Positions 39,701 to 46,839 of a stretch of 64,000 nucleotides of DNA are shown piece by piece. Positions within the stretch are counted from its first letter, which is position 1, and each line of letters begins with the position of its first letter. This DNA comes from an uncultured virus (IMG/VR IMGVR_UViG_3300025131_000020) (Duplodnaviria > Heunggongvirae > Uroviricota > Caudoviricetes). A model generated the notes under the pieces. The model was not told where the DNA came from. It ran no database searches and worked only from the letters and a program-made list of their open reading frames with translations. The position numbers and the translations under genes are program-made. Location of the stretch: the IMG/VR virus record IMGVR_UViG_3300025131_000020; one strand, given 5' to 3'.

Positions 39701-39817
39701 AATGATATCGGGCTGTAAGTCCCTAGCTTGCTTAATAAAAGCTGAGAATGATTCCCTATACTCATCATGTCGAGAAAGCCCACGCCAGTGGACATCTGCT
39801 ATGTGAATTATCCTCAT
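36680..39817 (-). CDS. Fused Mre11/SbcD nuclease - Rad50/SbcC ATPase (gp47-gp46 fusion), 1045 aa
   Basis: Phosphoesterase motifs HIADVH, GGDIVH, LGNHD, LYHG, LGDIH; Walker A GKNRQGKSS, Q-loop SQG, long coiled coil, signature GSGMEK, Walker B FIIDEGFGSLD, IISH. Confidence 0.92.
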   Translation of the reverse strand: MRIIHIADVHWRGLSRHDEYRESFSAFIKQARDLQPDIIYVGGDIVHSKTQGISPELIDCLCWWFTELSKICHVHVILGNHDGLLNNKGRQDAISPILSALDNHRVHVYKKSGVYPTGVTGFNWCVFSCFDEDGWKDISPIENEVNIALYHGGVWGSKTDIDWEIEGEVDLEFFSDYDFALLGDIHKAQFLNDKKTVAYCGSSIQQNYGEGEGKGFLFWDIRDKDDFDVTFYEIPHSQPFVTIDWLDNIDTTLSSTGSLASGSRFRIRSDKKIHQSDIVTLYKRLKDQKNATEVVFKIDHEVDPGIISADGESFSKKNLRDFSVHQRLMRNYYENTEISNENWIKIEEKISRYVGIISKKDSIARNTRWSIRNLSFDNTFGYGKGNILSFDKLGGITGIFGKNRQGKSSIIGSLMYCLYNTTDRGGIKNIHIINSRKKHCKAKVEIDVNGAKYRIERGTVKHQARKGHVYATTSLTISKIDDQGFVIEDMSGEQRRDTEKIVQKLIGTSDDFLLTSLASQGEMNAFIKEKATSRKNILNKFLDLEIFDLMFSMAKEESSEIRLKAKNLPKIDWDSEIGIQEKEIKDSREKINKIELFLNKLRSQHQDLRIQLATSPERDVVTSQDVSNQKDLISNTLRSLFEIRKELKEHSNEILESENKIKKIEIVKSQFPLEQIKEELLELRSINTELLKLEHEIDRQKTVLKNQEKSIRKLEGVPCGDKFPKCKFIKDSHKNKLKIDDQKELISLLSSQARDARRRIKRLDEKELEEKIQRYDEILAKESSLKVLISSISVKIHKMSSQVFQFEKKLESSRDDLANMEIHVVDDSESSVILKIKRKISEIVDKITIADAKRLSLVEEVGKFEMKLSNFLEEKEMSNRVCNDLEVYDLIMQAVSKKGIPRLIMRSQLPYINNEISKILQGVMGFTVELEADSDTNSMDVFINYGDSRRIIELGSGMEKMISSLAIRVALINVSSLPKPDVFIIDEGFGSLDENNIASCNLLLNSMRKWFKNIMIISHVDGVKDVVDNILDISLCGKDAKITYN

Positions 39818-39824
39818 ATAATCT

Positions 39825-39853
39825 ATATTATTCTATCAATGACTGCTTGTACA
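39825..39853 (-). promoter_or_regulatory. sigma70-like promoter (TGTACA-N17-TAATAT), 7 nt before the Mre11-Rad50 ATG
   Basis: 17-nt spacer, no SD. Confidence 0.5.
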
Positions 39854-39859
39854 AGAAGC

Positions 39860-40243
39860 TTAGCCCTTCATCCTATTCAGCTTATATTCAAGATAGTGCT
39901 TAATCTTTCCAATGTCATTATCCATTACAGCTATTTTTGACTGAACCCATTCTGGAAGATCATCACTATCTTGAAGCATATCGTGCAGACTTTGAGCATA
40001 TCTTGCAACCTTAAATAATTGACTTTTTGTCATACGAGATTCATTATCAGGTGACGGTCCGGACCCGTAGCTTAAATTTCTTCCCTGTGAATTTTCTATA
40101 TCACACGGACTCTTTTTGTCTCCATGTATATCTTTTTCTGGTTGTAGGCCCAAGATATCTGGTCTTGAAAAAATGGCATCTTCTTCAAGGTCTGCCATCA
40201 CTTCCCTAATCATTCTTCTCAGCTGAGACTTACTAATCTTCAT
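39860..40243 (-). CDS. Hypothetical protein, 127 aa, probable prohead-associated
   Basis: N-terminal MKISKSQLRRMIRE; C-terminal MTKSQLFKVARYAQSLHDML..LPEWVQSKI; AAGGA SD and ATATTTA motif (40274-40268). Confidence 0.7.
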   Translation of the reverse strand: MKISKSQLRRMIREVMADLEEDAIFSRPDILGLQPEKDIHGDKKSPCDIENSQGRNLSYGSGPSPDNESRMTKSQLFKVARYAQSLHDMLQDSDDLPEWVQSKIAVMDNDIGKIKHYLEYKLNRMKG

Positions 40244-40280
40244 CTTTAGTCCTTTTATATACAGAGATAAATATTATGAA

Positions 40281-41252
40281 CTAAAGAAGAGATCCACTCC
40301 TAATGGCACCAATTTTCATCTTAAGAAGGTGTGAAGGATCCCAGGCTTGTGCATTTTTCCTTCTGTTCCTGAAATCTTCTTTGGTCATTGATCCGACATC
40401 AGAAAATCCTCCCAAGTCTATTATTTTAACCTGGCATCCGTATGAACTTAGAAGTTTTGCTATTTTTTGCTCTTTTTCTTTCATATCACTATCTAGGGCA
40501 AGGATAACAGGAGTGCATCTAGATACAATTCTTGAAAATAAAAGATAGTCATCTCTTAAAGCTGATCCAAGAATACATGTTGAATTAATACCTGACTTCA
40601 TCATATCAAATGGACCCTCAACTAAAACAATCTCGCTAGACCAGTCAATGTCTATTTCATTAAATACTATATTTTTTTTATTAACATTTGAATTTATATA
40701 CTTTCTTCTTATTCCGGGGTCAATACACCTAGTGACAAAGAAGTTTAAGTCACCAGACATGTCAAAAGATGGAATTATTATTCTTCTCTTAAATCGACCG
40801 CTCTTTGCTGTCCCAAGCCTATATCGCCAGAGATCTCTCTCTGACACGCCTCTTGACATTAGATATCTGATGCAGGCTCTGACATCGGGATCTATAGATC
40901 TTTGATTATCTGCTAAAAGCAAAAACTCTTCAGGCAATCTAATCTTTTGAATGTCTTGATCACTGTCCAGATCTATTTGATTATTATTTTTTTTAATTCC
41001 AGAATAGCTTACAAATTTTTCAATATCTTCTCTAGTTCCGTGCTTTTTTAATATTGAAAGAACTGTTCTTCCCTTAAGCCCACATGACCAGCAATGACAT
41101 TGCCATGTATCTAAATTTATATAGAACTTCTTTTTACCAGTTCCAGATCCGCACTCTGGGCACACAAATATTCCGTTTTGCTGCTTCCTATCAAGCTCAC
41201 ACTGTCCAAAAACGCTTCTTAAGAATGAAATTTTTTTAGTAAACGTTACCAC
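40281..41252 (-). CDS. DNA primase (zinc finger + TOPRIM); start revised to GTG 41252
   Basis: CPEC..CHCWSC zinc finger, YLMSRG, RIIIPSF, KYIN, TOPRIM LVEGPFD and LALDSD. Confidence 0.88.
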   Translation of the reverse strand: MVTFTKKISFLRSVFGQCELDRKQQNGIFVCPECGSGTGKKKFYINLDTWQCHCWSCGLKGRTVLSILKKHGTREDIEKFVSYSGIKKNNNQIDLDSDQDIQKIRLPEEFLLLADNQRSIDPDVRACIRYLMSRGVSERDLWRYRLGTAKSGRFKRRIIIPSFDMSGDLNFFVTRCIDPGIRRKYINSNVNKKNIVFNEIDIDWSSEIVLVEGPFDMMKSGINSTCILGSALRDDYLLFSRIVSRCTPVILALDSDMKEKEQKIAKLLSSYGCQVKIIDLGGFSDVGSMTKEDFRNRRKNAQAWDPSHLLKMKIGAIRSGSLL

Positions 41253-41258
41253 AAATAT

Positions 41259-41287
41259 ATCATAACACAATATGGTATATTTTTCAA
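41259..41287 (-). promoter_or_regulatory. sigma70-like promoter (TTGAAA-N17-TATGAT with extended -10 TG), 6 nt before the primase GTG
   Basis: Near-consensus hexamers, 17-nt spacer, TGn before -10. Confidence 0.6.
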
Positions 41288-41826
41288 ATAATCAAGCCTG
41301 CCCTTGAAATAACGTATGCATCTGCCATGTCATAGCTAGATGGATCCAAAATTTTTTGATTTTTTCTTGGACCGCTCTTTAATATCTTAGTGGGCCACAC
41401 AAAGCTATTTAGCTCACTAGCTGCCCATTCTACGATCTGGTCCTTAGTGGGCTTTCCTCCGTCTTTTTTTCTTTTAATCTTTATTCCAAGTGCTTTTCTG
41501 GCAGAATTAACATTAATAAAAATCGGAGAAAAATAAAACTCTTCCTGTGCTATGTAGCTCACAATTCCATTAAATCTAGCAAGAGTTAAAAGAGTCTTTG
41601 CAGAAGAAAGTCCGGGCCTAAATGCTTGTAAGTTTTCTTCAACACAGACTTTTTCAATACTATACTCGATATTCAGTCTGGAAAGCTCACGTCTAACCTT
41701 TTGTGCCTTTTTAAACATTGACTTATCTTTTGAAAGGGGAATTGATCCCATGGCTATTAAGCTACCACTCGGATCAACTATACACCACCCTGTACAGCTA
41801 GTTGATATATCAAGTCCAAGTACCAT
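41284..41826 (-). CDS. ruvC: RuvC-like Holliday junction resolvase, 180 aa
   Basis: VLGLDISTSCTGW, VCVEE, LARFNGIV, YDMADAYVI acidic catalytic set. Confidence 0.85.
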   Translation of the reverse strand: MVLGLDISTSCTGWCIVDPSGSLIAMGSIPLSKDKSMFKKAQKVRRELSRLNIEYSIEKVCVEENLQAFRPGLSSAKTLLTLARFNGIVSYIAQEEFYFSPIFINVNSARKALGIKIKRKKDGGKPTKDQIVEWAASELNSFVWPTKILKSGPRKNQKILDPSSYDMADAYVISRAGLII

Positions 41827-44750
41827 TAAAAATCCATCTTAACTCTAAATAAGAAATCATCTTCATCTCGCTTAACTGCTGGTTGTGCAAGATTAACTTT
41901 CATAATAACATTCATATTGTCATCATGAAAGTATATTCCTGTAATGTAGACAAACTCAGAATCAACATCATTTGCCGCTAGTGACGCAGATAGAACCCTA
42001 AATCCAGGATTTGATGAGCTATTTATCAGCCCAGGTCGACATGGAACGTTGACTGCCATCACATGGATGTTTTGGTCCCCGTTGAATTCCATTTTAAATT
42101 GATTCTTTCCAAAAAGACTTAGATGGGGTGACTTAATTAAGACGATTCCCTCATCGTAGAAGATATTTCCAACACTATTGTATGTAGCATTTTTTGTCTT
42201 AGAGTCAGCCCTGTATAAGGATCCTAGAGAGTCATCTTTAAGCGTGATCTTAACCTTTCCTGCAGAACCGGATAGATTGCTGTCTGTAAGTGTAAATGTT
42301 CCTGGTTGGATTCTATTTCCATAAAATAGATTGGGAATGTTAAATATAACAATTTCATTGCTAGACGGATCTCTAGATGCCTGGTATGCGATAAAGTAGT
42401 TTTCAGAAGTTCCTTCACGAGCCAGTAGATACGGATTATCTGGACCCATGGATGGAAATCCTCCACCAGCTGAACCTGTATAGTAGGCCAAAGCACGTGA
42501 AATTCTATACGATTCATCTAGTCCGGCAAGTGATACGTGTGAAGGTCTGGCAGTAAACATGTCGCTTAAGTTTATCAAGCTTGGATCAAAATTTCCAAGA
42601 TCATCTCTATATAAAAATCCCTCAGAAGATGACACTATTGTCTCTGTTACATCTGATCCTGTGTACACTAGGTCGTAATTTGGCTGAAATCTTCCGTTAT
42701 CACAGGGAAGAACAGTCAAGCACCTTTTTCTAAGTGATGCTGTTTGAAAAAGATGATTTATAGTGTCTCTTGGCTGTACTACAAATAGATTTCCAGTCTT
42801 ATCAGCTTGTGACGAAGCTGTGAGAAACAAAAGTCGAGGATAGACATCATTGACAATATCCTTTGTAAAGTTTTCAAGATTGATAAGTGTAGCATCTACT
42901 GCCATTGAAAGACCTGCATTAAAGGGCATTGACATATACGGTTGTACAAACTTATCTGTCGGATACGAGACACCGTCTAGGGCACCTCCCGTGTCATTAA
43001 AGTCTTGTCGACGAGATGATGAAACGGCATTTGATAAAAATCTCCTATCATGCTTCTCATAGGTAAAAAATGGAGGAACATAGAATAGTAGGCTTGATAG
43101 ATCTTCAGGGCCTCTGACTGAGCTTGTTTGTATTTGAGAAATTGTTCTAAATGTTGAATATAGCTTAATATCATGAACTTCAGCATTTAAAGGATGATTA
43201 AAAGAGAATGTCTTTGGATCTCCTAGCTGTATTTCTGACGGTGTGTCTTTTGCCACACTTAAAGTCCTTGACCATCCCGATATATCAGGTCTCAGCGTAA
43301 ATCCTTCATTTTTTCTTGCTGTAAGATTAAAGAATCGCTCTATTGTCGTTGCATTGGATCCGGTTACATTTGTCCCTTCATAAAAGTTACCAATAAATAG
43401 CGCATTTGGATCTGCTCTTCCTGCCAAAAATCTATCACCTATTGCTCTTGCGCCTGCTGCAGTTTGATTTACAAATGGTCTGATACTTACTTCGCTTCCA
43501 ATGTCAGGATAGAATTCAGAAACAATCTTGCCATCAATAACAAAGCTTCCAGTTCCCTTATTTGACTTAGGGCCCCACCTAATTGCAACATGATGCCAAT
43601 GGTTTCTCTTAAGTGAGTTATCAGGAGATACCCATGCTAGATTATATGGATCTGTCTTATAGTTTGCTGAAGCTCCCTTATATATGGGTCTATCACTGGT
43701 GGGAATTATTTTAAACTTAGAAGGCTCCCACTCTGCACTTTGGGATAGCTGAAGTAATATTCTAAATCCTTCTGCTGATCCGTCTGCAGCTTTAAGAGAT
43801 CCCGTTACCAGACTCACAGCATATGTAGAGCTCATGTGATAGATTGTACCTGCATGAAAGTCACTCTTTCTAGCTGAGCTATCTACATCATTTGAATATC
43901 TTGGGTTTATGTAAAAATCAAATGTAAATGCTGTCTCTGGTGCATATTTTCCATCAAACCTTCTTAATCTCCTATTTGGATATTCTGATCCCGATGGATT
44001 GAGTGTTCCAGTCATGCATGGGTATATTAAAACAGAGCTTGTGGTAACCTGGCTAGAGTTTAGTGTTGATCCGTGTCCAACTATCTGACTTCCATTTGAA
44101 GACGTAAAGAAGTTAAGTGAGTGATAGTTTGTATAGGCATAGTTGGGATGGGAAAACTGTCCCCTAGACGTTGGAAGAAGAATATTTCTAATTTGGTTCT
44201 TAACAATTCTCTGACTAGCTTCAAAGCTTCCAGATGTAATATTGGAATCTTTTGCTCCAAACTTTTGCTCATCATTCTGAAATAGAAATGGGGGTCTAAA
44301 TCTTGTAATTCCAAAAGTCTTAGAATTTTTTGCAGGTCTTGATAGCTGTCCAACACCCTTCATATATCCTACATGATCAGGTGGATCTCCATGAAAATTT
44401 ACATTCTCAATTCCAGAGTGTGGCCAGTCTGTCGCATACCCTAGATAGTTTTGAATATCTGTTGTTGTTCCAGAAAGCGCAACTGCATTGCTTAGATTAA
44501 TCAATAGAGATGACTGATCTTCATTGAACAAGGGGCTTTCTGAGTCGAACTCTCTGACACCCTTTATCACTCTATTTGATCTAGGTGTGAGGCTAACCTG
44601 TCCAAGTGTTCCAGTCGGGCTAAGAATACCAACATCGGACATGGGTTCATCATTAACAGGGCTTACAGAAGAAGACACAAAGACTCTACGTGGGTGAGTC
44701 TTTAGTGTGACCTTCTCTATTAGGTCCCTTGTTATTTTAATGATTGACAT
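41826..44750 (-). CDS. Virion tail/baseplate protein with LamG-like domain, 974 aa
   Basis: FTFDFYINP..WHHVAIRW..FVIDG..LFIGN..EVHDIKLY; C-terminal YITGIYFHDD..VNLAQPAVKR..FRVKMDF shared with the next gene. Confidence 0.6.
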   Translation of the reverse strand: MSIIKITRDLIEKVTLKTHPRRVFVSSSVSPVNDEPMSDVGILSPTGTLGQVSLTPRSNRVIKGVREFDSESPLFNEDQSSLLINLSNAVALSGTTTDIQNYLGYATDWPHSGIENVNFHGDPPDHVGYMKGVGQLSRPAKNSKTFGITRFRPPFLFQNDEQKFGAKDSNITSGSFEASQRIVKNQIRNILLPTSRGQFSHPNYAYTNYHSLNFFTSSNGSQIVGHGSTLNSSQVTTSSVLIYPCMTGTLNPSGSEYPNRRLRRFDGKYAPETAFTFDFYINPRYSNDVDSSARKSDFHAGTIYHMSSTYAVSLVTGSLKAADGSAEGFRILLQLSQSAEWEPSKFKIIPTSDRPIYKGASANYKTDPYNLAWVSPDNSLKRNHWHHVAIRWGPKSNKGTGSFVIDGKIVSEFYPDIGSEVSIRPFVNQTAAGARAIGDRFLAGRADPNALFIGNFYEGTNVTGSNATTIERFFNLTARKNEGFTLRPDISGWSRTLSVAKDTPSEIQLGDPKTFSFNHPLNAEVHDIKLYSTFRTISQIQTSSVRGPEDLSSLLFYVPPFFTYEKHDRRFLSNAVSSSRRQDFNDTGGALDGVSYPTDKFVQPYMSMPFNAGLSMAVDATLINLENFTKDIVNDVYPRLLFLTASSQADKTGNLFVVQPRDTINHLFQTASLRKRCLTVLPCDNGRFQPNYDLVYTGSDVTETIVSSSEGFLYRDDLGNFDPSLINLSDMFTARPSHVSLAGLDESYRISRALAYYTGSAGGGFPSMGPDNPYLLAREGTSENYFIAYQASRDPSSNEIVIFNIPNLFYGNRIQPGTFTLTDSNLSGSAGKVKITLKDDSLGSLYRADSKTKNATYNSVGNIFYDEGIVLIKSPHLSLFGKNQFKMEFNGDQNIHVMAVNVPCRPGLINSSSNPGFRVLSASLAANDVDSEFVYITGIYFHDDNMNVIMKVNLAQPAVKRDEDDFLFRVKMDF

Positions 44751-44770
44751 GGCTTAAACCCCCAGTAGGA

Positions 44771-46054
44771 CTAGAAGTCAAGCCTAATCCTGAATGTCAG
44801 GTCCTTCTCGTCATTCTTCTCAACAGGCCTGCTTAGCTTTGCAACAGCAAGCAGGTTATTTCTTCCATCATATAGGCCAATTGTGCTAACAAAGGAGAAT
44901 GTTCTCTGTGTAAGCTCCTCTCCCTCATCTATAACATTTATTCTTCCAGTGCTGTCAGTAAACGTTGGGTTCGATGAGTAGTTAAACTCATCAGATGTTG
45001 CCCTGCAAAAGACAAGAGTTGAGTTGATGTTAGTAACATTCTGGAATGTCATTGCTGTCAGCGACCCTGATTGAAATCTAACAGATGCAAAATGGTCTAT
45101 AATGTTATCCATTGATGCAGAGACCATAAAGTCGGGAACAAATTTTGCATTATAATTTCCAATTGATGCCATATCTCCTGCTCCTGGACTGGCGGGACCA
45201 TATCCAATTATAGTCTGACCTGCAGCAGCATCATTAAATGCTGCCGGAGACATAGCGTCGATAACACCAGATGCATGTTGAGATGCTGATATTGCCTCAT
45301 TAATATTTAAGAGACCAATTCCCATATCGTAGAATAGAAGGCCTACATTTCTATTTGTATTTGAAGAGTCAACAAGATTTCCAACTTCTCCACCGACTGA
45401 AGTCTCTTTTGCTGTAGCAGATCCGATATCTGTGTAGATAGCAGATCCTGAGACTGTTGGGACAGCAATATTTGGACCCATATTTCCAGACATAATATCT
45501 CCATCAACAGCCGTGAACGGGGCTCTAGATGCTGACTGATAGAATTTCATTGCGAATGTTTCACGCTTAATCTTGTCTCTGGCGAATAGACGCTTAAACG
45601 TAAAGAAAATAGCGTGATCAATTCCATTTGACGTAACTGGCTGAGTTGTATCAAATGGTGTCATAAATTGATAAGATGCATCACCAAGAAGAAGCTGTGC
45701 AAACTGTCTGTAGACATTAATCTTCTCTCTCATCATCAGAGACGTGGAGGGAAATAGAAGCTTTCCTGCACTGTCCTGTCCTGTAGATGCATAGGCGACA
45801 TCTGAGCTTCCTGAATATACACCGTATGTAAGATCAAAGACAGGATTTGCTGTCTGTAGAGTGTAGTCTTGGTCGTATACAGTTTGAAACAGCGAAGATG
45901 TTACTCCAGGACCTACTCCGCCTGTAACAAAAACCTGATATTTTTTTCTAGTTGTTGATCCAGATATATCTTCCTGGATGATGTCAATCAGCTGATTTAA
46001 GACAGACCTGCTTGTCTTAATATCTGCTGCAGAAATTTCTTTAAATGTTGCCAT
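44771..46054 (-). CDS. Virion tail/baseplate structural protein, 427 aa
   Basis: FCRATSDEFNYSSNPTF..FVSTIGLYDGRNNLLAVAKLSRPVEKNDEKDLTFRIRLDF; paralogous C-terminus to 41826-44750. Confidence 0.6.
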   Translation of the reverse strand: MATFKEISAADIKTSRSVLNQLIDIIQEDISGSTTRKKYQVFVTGGVGPGVTSSLFQTVYDQDYTLQTANPVFDLTYGVYSGSSDVAYASTGQDSAGKLLFPSTSLMMREKINVYRQFAQLLLGDASYQFMTPFDTTQPVTSNGIDHAIFFTFKRLFARDKIKRETFAMKFYQSASRAPFTAVDGDIMSGNMGPNIAVPTVSGSAIYTDIGSATAKETSVGGEVGNLVDSSNTNRNVGLLFYDMGIGLLNINEAISASQHASGVIDAMSPAAFNDAAAGQTIIGYGPASPGAGDMASIGNYNAKFVPDFMVSASMDNIIDHFASVRFQSGSLTAMTFQNVTNINSTLVFCRATSDEFNYSSNPTFTDSTGRINVIDEGEELTQRTFSFVSTIGLYDGRNNLLAVAKLSRPVEKNDEKDLTFRIRLDF

Positions 46055-46074
46055 GCTTTATCTCTTAAAAATTA

Positions 46075-46779
46075 TTATGTCTTATTGATCTTAACAAGCA
46101 GGTCTTTTGAAGCACCAGATTGCTGTCCTGTAATTGTGACATATGATCTAATCGTTGTTTTATCACCAGCAACACCAAATGTATCAAACATTGTAGATGT
46201 TAGTGATGACTTTACCTGAATCGTGGGTGATACAGACGAGGCTCCCGTAACTGTGTCAAGAGCAGAAGATCTTGTTATCAAATATGTAGCAATATTCTCC
46301 TTACTAATTGAAACCGGTCTGATGCCTGTTGCTTGAAGAAAGAGATTGTTCATCTGCACTCTGAATACCTGATCAACAAGCTCTATTGGAACCAGCTGAT
46401 CTCCTCCAATTGTCTGCTTGACTGTCACACTAGAGCTTCTAGTGTTAACAATGTTCAGCGTAATTGTATCAGAAGTTACTCCCTCTAGTGTTAGACTTGG
46501 AATTCTGACTAGATTTGGTATTGAGATGCTTCTAAGTCTAAACTTTTGTGCAATATTTCCTCTAGTCACTGCCTCTAACACGGGGGTGTTTTTTTCTATT
46601 TTCTCTTTTCCGACTGTTCTTCCAAATTTTTGTATAATTGTATAGTCAACTTCTTCATCAGATAGCGCAAATTTAACAATTTGAAAAGATCCATCATTTC
46701 TAGATAAAAGCTCTCTTCCCTTGTCTGTGAGAACAGCATCTAATATAATATTATTGGTACTGTGATCAAGAAAACCCAT
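46075..46779 (-). CDS. Virion tail/baseplate protein, 234 aa
   Basis: MGFLD..ILDAVLTDKGRELL..IVKFALSDEEVDY resembles fibre-attachment N-termini; AGGAG SD and ATATTTA motif (46802-46796). Confidence 0.6.
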   Translation of the reverse strand: MGFLDHSTNNIILDAVLTDKGRELLSRNDGSFQIVKFALSDEEVDYTIIQKFGRTVGKEKIEKNTPVLEAVTRGNIAQKFRLRSISIPNLVRIPSLTLEGVTSDTITLNIVNTRSSSVTVKQTIGGDQLVPIELVDQVFRVQMNNLFLQATGIRPVSISKENIATYLITRSSALDTVTGASSVSPTIQVKSSLTSTMFDTFGVAGDKTTIRSYVTITGQQSGASKDLLVKINKT

Positions 46780-46839
46780 TTTTTACTCCTGGTTGTAAAT
46801 ATACCACTTTATTTGTTATACAGTAAAATAATTCCATAA

